Source: Eledone cirrhosa
Taxonomy: Eukaryota
Assembly: GCA_964016885.1 (NCBI GenBank)
Contig: OZ024753.1
Span: 27,466,001-27,530,000, forward strand
DNA: 64,000 nt
Direction of reading: 5' to 3'
Shown: in pieces, positions 15,422 through 27,387 of the stretch
How positions within the stretch are numbered: the stretch's first letter is position 1
Layout of the letters: each line of letters begins with the position of its first letter
Notes under the pieces: model-generated
Database searches by the model: none
Seen by the model: the letters and a program-made list of their open reading frames with translations, nothing else
What the model was told of the DNA's origin: nothing
Position numbers and translations under genes: made by a program

Positions 15422-15564
15422 TATATATATATATATTATATTATATATATATATATGTGGGAAAGTAAAAAATCGGAGAATAGACCGTTAAAACATGTTT
15501 ATTTAAAATATCACCTACGTACGTTTCGCCCAGTTGGGCTTCTCAAGGGCATAAATAACCACAA

Positions 15565-17877
15565 GTGTTCCTACACAAATACTACAAAAAGACACCCTCT
15601 AGTACCCTAAATGATATAAATAGAGTAGGGAAGGATATAGTTACCAGCTTAGAAATAGAAAAGTACACTATCCCGTACGTCCTGCTGACGCCTAAATTCT
15701 CTCTTAAGGATCACAAATATGACTTTAATGAAAGCCCCTCTATTTGACTAATATGCCCCTCTACATCAGATATAGGTAAGATTAGTAAAGTGATCCTCGA
15801 CAGAGTACTACTCGAGCTTAATAGAAAGGCTAAGGTCTGCCTCTGGGGCAACACCGACCAGGTCATAAATTGGTTCACCGAGTTGCCGGATAAAGCCACC
15901 CTGAAATTCATCCAGTTTGATATAGATAGCTACTACGCCTCTATCTCCCCCATACTCTTAAATAAGGCACTTATCTTAGCTAGATCTAACACTAGCCTCA
16001 CTAAAAAGAAATAGACATAATTCTAGCGGCACGTAGAACCATTATCCAGTTCGAAGGCCAGAACCAACCGTCCTGATAACTTCGATGTCACGATGGGGTC
16101 CAGTGACTCAGCGCGAGCAACTGACCTGGTTGAGATATACCTCCTACATAAGCTTAGGCAAGAAATACCGGCCCTACAAGGAGGTGTATATAGGGACGAC
16201 GCCCTGTTTACCGTTAGGAACCATAGCCCCGTAGGATAGAGAACCTTAACAAACATATACACAGGTTCTTTAAGTCATACGGCCTATCCGTAACTATGGA
16301 CCTCAACCACAGGGTTGTCAACTTCCTGGACGTGACCCTGGAGTTCAGTACGGGCTTATACAAGCCATACCATAAGCCTGGAGAGTGCCTCTCTTATATT
16401 AATTATGCCTCCAACCACCCTAAGCAGACTCTCAACTCCATAGTCTATAGTATCTCACATAGAATCTCGAGGCTATCCGCCATTGAGGATATCTTCAACC
16501 AAGAGGCTGATTACTACAATAGGGCCCTGATATGCGCCGGCTTTACCCGAGGAATTTCCTACATCCCTAACGCTAGCTCTAGAACCCCCCCCCCCTCATA
16601 AAACTAACGTTATAGTAAGCCATACCTATAACCGATCACGCGCGACCTCGTTGAAGTCGGATATAATAGAATAGATAACCGCACCAAAGATCACGTCCCC
16701 GGCGACGGTGAACACTGTAGATTACTCAAACTATTCCCCTATTACAAAACCAACAAAGGCGACGGCCTACTACCAACGCCTTCCAACCAACATCTTCGTG
16801 TACTTAAACATGGAAGAGGTAGAAAGAGTGCACCCGAGCATAAAGTGAAAGGGGCACCGAACGGGCGACAGCGCATTAACACACATAACAGCGGTCACTT
16901 AGATGGAACCACCCGTAGCAAAAGTACAAGGACACGTAATTGCCACCGTAACGTCCTATGGTTCCACCCCCCCCCCCCCCTACTCTCGGAGTGTGGCCTC
17001 CAACATACCCCGGATATTCTTCGAAGCCTTAGAGAAGAACTTCCCACCCAACCATAGGTATAGAAAAATTCTTAATAGGAACAATATCAAAATATCCTTC
17101 TCTACTACTCCTAACCTAGCCGACATCATAGGAACAACGAACCACAGTAAGATCACCAAGACACAGCACCTCGACACAGACGCACCTACACCTGACAATA
17201 ACTATATCGGCCTTAACAACTCCCTGACAGCATCCAATAGTGTTGGCAACGGCATCCGCAGACGCAACCAGAATGACCGCGAAGCGACTGGGGAACATGC
17301 AGAACATGACGTGCGGAATAACAATCGCACCATCCCGCGTGCTGTGGGTTGTAATTGTGCTAACGACAGCTGCGGTAGCGTAGGTAACAACGTAGGCAGC
17401 AACAATGATAGCCTTACCGTGGGAAATAGACGGAACCGCGACAGAAATTGCAACTGCCGCGACAGAGGACGCTGCCCCCTTAGAGGATACTGCTTGACTG
17501 ATAGGGTTATATATAGATGCACTATTACTAGCCACAATAGCGTTAAACATTATATAGGGGCCACCTCCGGCCCGTTCAAAATTAGGTTTCGAACACATCT
17601 CCACTCTTTCACAAATAGAAAACTAAGGCACTCCACTTCGCTCGCGGACTACATCACATCACTAAAGGACTTAAACATCAGCTTCTCCACGCACTGGGAG
17701 ATTGTCGGCAGGGCTGCACCGTACAACTTCAAGAGGAAATGCGATCTTTGCCTCATGGAGCTCTACCACATCATAACTGCACCCCACGAGCTCATCAACA
17801 GCAGAGCTGAAACAGCGATAAGTTGTACACATCGCTTAAAAATATCCTTCTTTAGATGGGCTAAGAATGAAGAGTGA
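15565..17877 (+). pseudogene. Naiad-type RT + CxCx5C + GIY-YIG ORF with stops and frameshifts
   Basis: LKDHK, QFDIDSYY, GGVYRDD (~16180-16200), VNFLDVTL, CNCRDRGRCPLRGYC, VIYRC..YIGAT..FKIRFRTH. Confidence 0.92.
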
Positions 17878-18175
17878 AATAGTACACTGTATCTCCCTGC
17901 AACAAGTCTTAACACCCCGGCGGGCAGGCGCAGCAAAATAACACCCAGAAAACAATCCTTGCATACCAGACCCAGCCTCAGACAAACGGATGCGGCAAAA
18001 AAAAAAAAAAAAAAAAAATTATCCGGGAAAGACTGCCCTAACACCGGCCAGAGTTACCTCCCTTGACCTGCTGCAAAATCAAAACAAGATATTTTTGCGA
18101 GCAATGAATCTTGATGTAGATTTAACCCCCAAAACTCTTTCCGAACTATATAAGGAACACTTGTGATTATTTATG

Positions 18176-18213
18176 CCCTTGAGAAGCCCAACTGGGCGAA
18201 ACGTACGTAGGTG
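18176..18213 (+). ncRNA. Minimal type I HHR, U3-A8 variant
   Basis: cc TTGAGAA gccc aact gggc GAAA cgtac GTA gg; palindromic stem III. Confidence 0.72.
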
Positions 18214-18426
18214 ATATTTTAAATAAACATGTTTTAACGGTCTATTCTCCGATTTTTTACTTTCCCACGTGCTTACGCTCTGCTAACTCTCTAGCCCACT
18301 AAATATTAACACTTCGAATATTTAATACTGCCGGCACTAGTATCGAGCACCTTTGGCATACGCTACTTGGCAAATAACTATATGTATCACCTATCCCTCC
18401 TTTTTCTCTCTTTCTCGATACGTAAA

Positions 18427-18468
<42 letters not shown>

Positions 18469-18900
18469 TATATATATTATATTATATATATATATTATAT
18501 AGTCTATGTATGTAGTATAGACATTCAACGGGTATATGATGAAGACTATAAGCCCCTGTTTCTAGTTCTAATATTACATCTAACCAAGTTAACAGTTTTA
18601 CAATTTTTATCAATTGTAATGGCTAGACCATAAAAAAACCTGAACATATTTTTCTTCATTTTTTTCTAAGTCAGGACAATTAATATTTTTAAGTGCAAAG
18701 ATAACAGTGTCAATTACAGACAAGTAACCGAAATAAAAGAAAAAAAATGGCCTCCATTCGCCACTTTCAGAATGATTAATTTTTAAACTAATCTTAGTCA
18801 CGATAAAAAAATAAGATACAAATACACTGGATTTTCAGTTTTGATCGTAATGAATTCATTGAAATGATATAACAGTTTGAACATATTCTATCTTTTTTTT

Positions 18901-19110
18901 ATTGGCAGTATCGGTAGAGTGTCGGACAACGTGCTTAGCTGCATAGAGTTACGGCCATTTGCGTTCTCAGTTCAAATCCCGCCGAGATTATCTTTGCCTT
19001 TTTTCGGAGTCGATAAAATAAAGTACCAGTAACACACTGGGGTCGATTTAATCGACTTTCCCCCTCCCCTTCAAATTGCTGGCCTTGTGCCGAAAGTAGA
19101 AACAATTATT
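18901..19110 (+). mobile_element. tRNA-derived SINE, same family as 11204
   Basis: Shared boxes, core and 3' GGCCTTGTGCC..AGTAGAAACAATTA. Confidence 0.8.
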
Positions 19111-19582
19111 TAAAAACATGAAGTAGGTAAATATGTTTATTGTCATTTTAACTGATCATGAAAAACGAAGTTTCTGGAACCTCTTTATTCTTATCAAAAT
19201 AAAAACTTATTAAATATATAAACTTATACATTATATGCTACATATTAATTATTTTACGCAAAAGTGGAAAGAATCTGTTACAAAAAAAAATGTAAGCAAT
19301 CGAAAACAACTTAATTTACATTTATTTGAAACCTGCCAGTCAATTTTACGTAGATTTTTTTTTTTTTTAGTTAAATGGTTCAGTGTATTATGCAATTAAC
19401 CGAACGATGCAGTTTAATGGAATCGATCACACTCACACGTGCTGGATGATATTTAGAGTGAATGCAAGTTATCAAATAGGAAAAGATTTATAATACCTAA
19501 TGAAAATAATCAAAATAGACTGTAGGCATTTTTTCAGTATAAATGTTATATTTAAATTAATATGTATTTCATTGCAGTAATA

Positions 19583-19777
19583 CAGATCTGTCAACCTCTA
19601 AAAACCCAAACGGGGAGTACCATGAAAAAAAATGCCCCAAAATGGGGAGGAATGAGGCAAAAAGAGAGGATTTTACATAATGAAAGCTATACCCATTTTC
19701 ACAAAAACGGGGGGACGAGGAGAAATAAGCCAAAACGGGGAGATCTCCCCGTCGGACGGAGAGAGTTGATAGGTCTG
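19583..19777. mobile_element. MITE-like DNA transposon
   Basis: Imperfect TIRs CAGATCTGTCAAC / GTTGATAGGTCTG; TAATA on both sides. Confidence 0.6.
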
Positions 19778-19993
19778 TAATATGTTAGTTCTTTGGAAAA
19801 GCATTAAATAAGCCAACAAATTATCAAAATGAGAATTATTCCCGTTTTCATAAAACAACACTCAGCTGAATTATCCGCCTAGAAAAAAAAAGAGAGAAAG
19901 AAAATTAGTTTCAATAAGAAACATTTATGCCGAAAAGATGCATTTTTGAAATATATATATTTTTTTCTAATTGAAAACAAGCTATCTAAAACG

Positions 19994-20217
19994 TACGAGG
20001 GGGTGCTGAAAAGTACCTGGCTTCATCACTGCTACAGAGGCCTTGTTGGGGGGCCAACCTTCCGAGTTCTTTTTACAGAGCTTAAAAAAACTGAAGTACC
20101 GCTGCAATAAGTGTGTGAATCTGAGAGAGGAATGTGTTGAATTAAATAATAATCAACTGATTCTCCTGTATTTTCTTTTACCCAAAGTCAGCAGGATCTT
20201 TTCAGCACCCGCTCGCA
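19994..20217 (+). mobile_element. Internally deleted mariner element
   Basis: TIRs TACGAGGGGGTGCTGAAAAG / CTTTTCAGCACCCGCTCGCA; C-terminal transposase-like remnant FFLQSLKKLKYRCNKCV..ECVE. Confidence 0.75.
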
Positions 20218-20399
20218 GCTCGTAGATTTTCTAGTGCTTAAGTGTTAAACGTTTTAAACGATGGACGTCATTTTCGGTAGAACATCAGACGAACACTTGA
20301 GGTACTTGTTCAAATCCTTCCCATATCGACTTTGTTTTTCCATATTAAATAATGATATTTTCATGTGTAGGACAAATCCTATCAGCCAGGTATATAGTA

Positions 20400-20965
20400 A
20401 ACATTGAATCGCCATCTTCCTTTAGAAGTGAGGCATGACAAATCTTCCTCTTTCTGGTAGCTATGGTGAAAAAAGCTGTAAGGTTTCAGGGAAGGAATCT
20501 TTGTCATCGGCCAGGACCTCAACAACTTCGTTAAGTACCAGCTGAAGACGATAGTGAGAGTAGAGAGGAAGACACTGCCTTTTTGGCGTTATTTTTTAAA
20601 TGAACGATATGTAAGAACGACGAGATTGACGAGGTTGAATAGGTTTACTTTGACTATGTTTTTCTAAGCAGGAAGGAAGAAATCAGTAGAGGGCACTTTT
20701 AATACCCGTGAGCTGACAGAGTAATACAGGATTTTGTGGCCTTTTTTTCCTGGAATTACCCTAAAGTATAGTTCCCACCTACTAGAACACTGTTCGTATT
20801 ATTGTTTTGTAATTTTATCATGACTATTTATTACAATTATAGTTATTATCTACTGTTTTCCTTTTGCTGATGTCCCCTTTCCTTTACTCGGTGGAAACCC
20901 CAACTCTGTGTTGTTTTTCGTTCTTGTATTGTCCCCGATGTCTTGGGCCCTTGTGAAGAAGAACA
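20400..20965 (+). mobile_element. Possible old LINE 3' end
   Basis: Decayed coding-like stretch then T-rich UTR; recognition is weak. Confidence 0.3.
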
Positions 20966-21787
20966 CTATACAAACCATATTATTGTCAAAACATTAATAT
21001 TTACCTTTTCGGTTGTTGAAGAAACTGTTGTAGTATCACCAACTTTAAGAAAATTGAGCTGCCGATTTTGCATTACTTCAAACTACAAATACAGTATATC
21101 AAGGGTTATGTTTTGAAAAATCGAACATATTTTAAAGTTATATATTCATCACCATGTTTTAAATAATACTAGACACCTAACTATGTTGAGAGTTTTCAAT
21201 TTTAGTAACTCTTACTTAGGATTCTCTCTAATTTAAAATAGCTGACTACAACATATTTTTATGGGAATATTAACTGAAAGCTAATGCTGATTTCAAAAAC
21301 CAAAACTATACTGAAAGACTTGAAAAAGATTTTTTAAATGTTTAGTGAGAAGGAAACCCAACACATCAGTAACTTTTATGAAAATCTCTACTAAATTATT
21401 AAGAAGTTTCAGAGAGGGTTAGCACCGTTAGAAGCGGTAACACATAAAAAGTTAGTGTTTATTGGCAAACGTTAAATTATCATATACAAAACAAAGAGAG
21501 AATTGCAACAATAAAAAAAAAACTCACACTGGAACTATTAAGGCACACTTGAGTAAAACCAATATTAGGATCAAAACCGTTCACTAATAATTCCATTTTT
21601 TTAATAGAATCTTGGTTATGCTTATATAGCAATAGGTCTTTCCTGAAATATAAAATGATAATTAATCATTTTATTCATATATAATTAAATCGCTATTAAT
21701 TCAGTATACGAATGCAAATAATTTGAGCTACCGACTTTGCATTACCTCAGACTACAAAGACAGTATATCAAGGGTTATGTTTTGAAA

Positions 21788-21829
<42 letters not shown>

Positions 21830-21830
<1 letters not shown>

Positions 21831-22176
21831 AGCAAATTATAAATGTAAACTTGTAAGTATGTTTTTGAAACGGTGCACGAGTTTGAAAATTAGAAATTAG
21901 AAATTATAAGCTTTCACCGTATTTTAGACTAAAGAAATTTCTAGCCTGATAGTGGGGTTTATAACCCTCGGAGAAATGGAAAAAGATGAGTGTTGCCGTA
22001 CATGGGTAGCATGTAATGGTAGCACATTGGTCTGGATAACCAAAGATGTGGGTCCGTCTCCCATGTACGGCAACACTCATCTTTTTCCATTTCTCCGTGG
22101 GTTATAAACCCACTATCAGGCTAGAAAATTCTTTAGTCTAAAATACGGTGAAAGCTTATAATTTCTAATTTCTAAT
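21830..22176. mobile_element. Fold-back element with tRNA-like centre
   Basis: Arms 21889-22006 / 22060-22176; centre has ttggt-7nt-accaa and gtggg-7nt-cccat arms. Confidence 0.7.
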
Positions 22177-22303
22177 ATATATATATTTTTGTATATATAT
22201 ATATATATGTTTGTATATATATATATATATATATATATGTGTTTGTATATATATATATATATATGTGTTTGTATATATATATATATATATATGTATATGT
22301 TTG

Positions 22304-22333
<30 letters not shown>

Positions 22334-22339
<6 letters not shown>

Positions 22340-22763
22340 TGTATATATATATAAGGGAGAGATGACCCCTTAGCCTTTGTCAAGGCAGAATTCTAGGAGA
22401 AGGAAAACTCTGATATAAAACCTGCAACCCTGATAGTATCCAATGATGTTGACTTGTTCTTCTTTTTGGTAAATATCATCTTGGTTAAGAGAGTGGGACT
22501 GGCTTTGTGCAGTGCCTTTGCTCACTATAAAAGCTTCACGGCACAGGCGTTGCTTTATATCTGGAGATCTCTCTTCACTTGTCATCACATGGTACCATGG
22601 ACCCAGCACTATGTGTCAATAATTGTCACAACTGTAGTGTTTGTACCAGAGTTTTCAAGTCGCTGTCTGGACTAAAAAGTTACACTCGTTCAGCGCATCG
22701 GTAGGGGTTCTCCTACATGGATATAAAGTATTGGCCGTACTCGAAAACGAGTTGGCAGCCACC
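22334..22763. mobile_element. Unclassified insert in TA array, possibly RTE 5' UTR-derived
   Basis: Complex sequence between TA tracts; AGAAGGAAAACTCTGATATAAAACC recalls RTE 5' ends. Confidence 0.3.
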
Positions 22764-22782
22764 ATATATATATATATATGTT

Positions 22783-22812
<30 letters not shown>

Positions 22813-22819
<7 letters not shown>

Positions 22820-25685
22820 ACCTACAATCCGCGGGCTCACATACATTATCTGTGCGTGATTTGGCTCAGCTCAGCCAATCAGCGCCAGGAGAAGAGGATG
22901 TATCCCTGCGCGTCATGAGGGAGAAATAGCCCGCGGAGATTTGAGGAATCTCACTCTTGCAGATCGACCACGCTAAGGTAAAACACCACTTGTTCTTTTG
23001 CTCCGTAACCACAAACAATATGTAACGACACAACAATTTTACTACGGACCTGGCCAAACGCCTCAGCCAGTCGACCGTATTTTCTCTTGTAATCTTAATT
23101 GAATTATTTCATTATTCTTGACATGCCAACTTAATTCACTTCTTAACCTTTGTTAATAAATTATGTAAAAACAAGCTAAAGTCGTTGTCGATATTCCTAT
23201 CATATCTTTCTACCAAAGATGGTTCCTCGTGGCAACCTTACCAACTTCTAAATACTTTTCTGCTAAATTGGTGACCCTCGACGATTAAGTATGAAAACGC
23301 AGCCTATTTGAATTCGCCATTCGTTTTAATGGCTATGTGGAGTGGCTTAACATTTGGAATGTTCGAATCGGGTAGCTAGACTCACTTAGCGTAAGTCCAT
23401 AAAATTCATAATATTCCATTTGTTGAAGCACGCGGCCTGCACAAGGTTTCTGTCATAACTTTCATGGTAACACTAGTGACTCACGCATACAGACGAACAC
23501 AAAAATACAACACAAAAGAAAGTTTTTTCGACGACTAACAAAAAATTTCTCTTTTGGATTGAAAATTATGCGATGTCTTCTATCCGGTTGAGGTGGTTTG
23601 GTATATTTCAATTAGTTGATAAAATGAGTACAGTGACCACCGACTAAGAACAACTTGCCTTGTAAGCATAGTTTGATAAAAACAAAAAAAAAAAAAGGAT
23701 TTCTCTGGATATAGGATTTTGCTTTCAACCTTCTGTTAAAATTACAAATGGAGACTCAAAAATTTTGTTTTCCCGCGTACACCTTGTCTTCTTCAATCCC
23801 AGCCATATGATTGGCTGCATCGTGCCACATGACGGTTTCTTCATCACGGACACATTTTTCGATCGGCCATCTTGGGATTTTCTTGCCGAATAATTTTCAT
23901 GGAAAATAATTTTTTTTTATTATTCAAATTTTCTTTAGAATATTTTTAGAAAAAAAATTAGCAGTATTTCAAAAACTTTACGCCACGAGGAAATTTCAAA
24001 ACGGCTACCACCAAGTACCAGCCATCAGCAGCAACACATCGCTAACTATTAACCAACACCAGGGAACGGCTTGTAACTTTACCGACGCAACCACCATACC
24101 TTCTGTCTCGTTACCACAAGGACTCGAGAAATGAAGACAGTAGTTTTTCTCACCATTATGGCGTCAGATGTGGCTGCCATGTTGGTGACTCTAGGTTCTT
24201 CAACGCTCGACTTCTACTCTACAGAAGATTCATTATGACTTTGCTTTAACAAAAACAACAACTCTACTAGCTCCCTAGTAAGAGCGTTCCCAAAGAAAAA
24301 AGAAGCGAGCTTTTTCTTAAAAGAAAAGAAACAATTCTTTCTTTCTTCATTTTTTTTCAGGCATTTATTTTGGACATTTATTTTTTTTAAAACTGTATTA
24401 TATGAAAATTCATTTCTCTCTATCATTGTATATGTGACCGCACGCACACATTTTCTTTGCTGTATTACATGCCTGCATATATACACACACCAACATGTTG
24501 TTGTCTATGGTGTGTTATCTTCAAGCGTCGTAATATTCTGCGAGATCCCTTTTCACCTTCTGGAGGTACCAAAACATGCTATCGACACTTGCAGCTTAAT
24601 TCACCTGCACCGCAACACGAGAATGCTAATTGCAGCTGAACTCAAACAGTTTCGCATCACGTTGCACATTCATCTCCATAACAACCTCTATCTTGTTATC
24701 TTACCCAACTCACCGGGAAAACAACAAATAGAACTGGACTTGTCAGCATTTCCACCACTTCTGTGGATTCGCCCGAATTGTGGGACTGCAACCCACCTAC
24801 AGATTCAGCTTGCTTTTTTTTTCTTATTAAAGCAACCAGCCATTTTTTCCTGGCTCCCTAGCACATTCGGCAATACATCTGGGAGGCCAACATTTTCTCG
24901 CCTACCCATCATCTTCTTGCCAGCACTGGTAAACTACCATAATAGCTTCGTCCACAGCTACTGGTACAACACTTACCATTAACATTTAATGCAAGAACAG
25001 CAACTTCGCCATGTCAGACTTTATCCGTTTTCTGTTAGACCTTTGGTGGTCACGTATAAACTACAAAACGGCTAGTCATTTGACAGCGGATCAACACGGC
25101 CCGTAGCCCCTCATTTTTTTTCCTGCATGCATCCTTCTACTCAATTATTTTTTCACTGATGTGCTCTTTCAGCATTTGTTCTTGCTGATTCAATAATCTG
25201 TATCAACTTCCATCTAGAAGGGGGGTATTGTAATGACCTACAATACGCGGGCTCACATACATTCTCTGTGCGTGATTTGGCTCAGCTCAGCCTATCAGCG
25301 CCAGGAGAAGAGGATGTATCCCTGCGCGTCCTGAGGGAGAAATAGCCCGCGGAGATTTGAGGAATCTCACTCTTGCAGATCGACCACGCTAAGGTAAAAC
25401 ACCACTTGTTCTTTTGCTCCGTAACCACAAACAATATTTAACGACACAACAATTTTATTACAGACCTGGTCAAACGCCTCAGCCAATCGACCGTATTTTC
25501 TCTTGTAATCTTAATTGAATTATTTCATTATTCTTGGCATGCCAACTTAATTCACTTCTTAAACTTTGTTAATAAATTATGTAAAAACAAGCTAAAGTCG
25601 TTGTCGATGTTCCTATCATATCTTTCTACCAAAGATGGTTCCTCGTGGCAACATTACAACGCTCTAAATATAACTCTCTGCTAAA
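22813..25685 (+). mobile_element. Non-coding Gypsy-type LTR element
   Basis: LTRs 22813-23267 and 25229-25685 start TGTA; PBS-like TTGGTGACCCTCGACG at 23268; PPT AGAAGGGGGG at 25216; TA flanks. Confidence 0.88.
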
Positions 25686-25697
25686 TATATATATGTT

Positions 25698-25781
<84 letters not shown>

Positions 25782-25987
25782 TGTATATATATATATATAT
25801 ATATATGTTTGTATATATATATATATGTTTGTATATATATATATATGTTTGTGTATATATATATATGTTTGTATATATATATATATATGTTTGTATATAT
25901 ATATATATATATATATGTTTGTATATATATATATATGTTTGTATATATATATATATATGTTTGTATATATATATATATATATATGTT

Positions 25988-26041
<54 letters not shown>

Positions 26042-26048
26042 TGTATAT

Positions 26049-26822
26049 ACGAAAATAGACTTTCCTGACGACGGAATGCTTTTCTATATCTTCTTCGGAA
26101 AATATATTTACTCCATTCCAGAAACTAATTAGTTGGAAGTGATATATTAGTAAGTTAATTTTATAATTTTCTTATACGTCTCTCATATTATTGTTCTGCA
26201 ACCCCATGCATTGAACCACAATGTTACTAAGACAAAACCTATATATTTGCTAGCATTGATATGCATCTGTATGTATATAAATGTTACTAGATATAAATTC
26301 TTTATAATTATCTCCAAATCATTTGTCGAGCAATATTGGCCATGACTGCTGCTATGGTAGTAGGCAGGCCGCTGTCTTATTAACAACTCGCTTTCCACTG
26401 ATTGACCTCGATATCACGTGATTGATTCTTTTTGAATTTGCCACAGACGTAGAGGCAGTGATTTTCTCAATGGCTAGGATTTCAGTCCACGCTTCGCTAT
26501 TTCCTTTCCACTGAATTATTTTTTTAATAAGTTTCCAGAGTCCTCGCTATGCCTGGAAACTTACACGAAAATAGACTTTCCTGACGACGGAATGCTTTTC
26601 GATATCTTCTTCGGAAAATATATTTACTCCATTCCAGAAACTAATTAGTTGGAAGTGATATTTTAGTAAGTAAGTTAATTTTATAATTTTCTTATTTTAC
26701 GTCTCCCATATTATTGTTCTGCAACCCCATGCATTGAACCACAATGTTACTAAGACAAAACCTATATATTTGCTAGCATTGATATGCATCTGTATGTATA
26801 TAAATGTTACTAGATATAAATT

Positions 26823-26827
<5 letters not shown>
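26049..26827 (+). mobile_element. Family E retrozyme-like 1.5-mer tandem, 516 bp period, no ORF
   Basis: 26049-26306 repeated at 26565-26827; HHRs 26059-26140 and 26575-26656. Confidence 0.8.
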
Positions 26828-26875
<48 letters not shown>

Positions 26876-27387
26876 CACATATACACACATATATATACAT
26901 ACACATAATAATGTGTTGGTATGTATATTTAATCTTGATAGTTTGTATAATTTTGTATAATTTTGTACATAGATCTGTTGAATATGCATGCCAATTCTAA
27001 CACATATATATCCTAGAAACGATCGTTAAATAATGAACTTTTTTTGTTTAATATAAGGAACTGTTTCATTGTTTTATTCATTATTTGTTTAATATTTTAT
27101 CTTGACTCTGTATACCGTTTATCTTTCACCGAAAGTGATTTTTCATTACATCTCTTCTTTCCATGATATCCGGAATACATTGAGTTCTTCATACGGATTG
27201 GACACTACCGTAAACTCTTGGTAGATTTATCTACATAATTTTGCTCCTATTTTCACGGAAATATTCGTATTTTTGTACTGTATGTGTGTATTAATTTTAT
27301 ATTTATGTATATACATATATATGTATGATTTTATAAACCCATATACATTTAGTTGAGCTCTTTCAATTGTCCATCATCCATATCACA

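Larger units (their letters stand above)
15477..18430 (+). mobile_element. Decayed Naiad-type PLE, 5'-truncated, with inverted pLTR piece (15477-15564 vs ~18162-18267)
   Basis: RT and GIY-YIG remnants, HHR in both pLTR copies, TA flanks. Confidence 0.9.

Noticed and set aside
15745-15747. In-frame TGA as selenocysteine (reported in some Naiads)
   Set aside because: Aligns to Arg in PSIRLI of families A and B, so CGA>TGA decay; conserved Cys codons are ordinary
21054-21788. ~67 bp direct repeat (~21054 and ~21723) as LTRs
   Set aside because: Too short, no PBS or PPT; probably an old local duplication
18500-21790. Host gene exons in the non-TA island
   Set aside because: Only short ORFs with no recognisable domain; small exons cannot be excluded without RNA data
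21995-22072. Functional tRNA gene
   Set aside because: Degenerate D arm and T loop; 5' acceptor strand is supplied by the inversion with 5 extra bases
22100-22165. Hammerhead in the tRNA-like fold-back
   Set aside because: GAAA and a hairpin are present but no YTGANRA core
24434-24982. 182 aa ORF in the LTR interior as gag
   Set aside because: No recognisable capsid or CCHC motif
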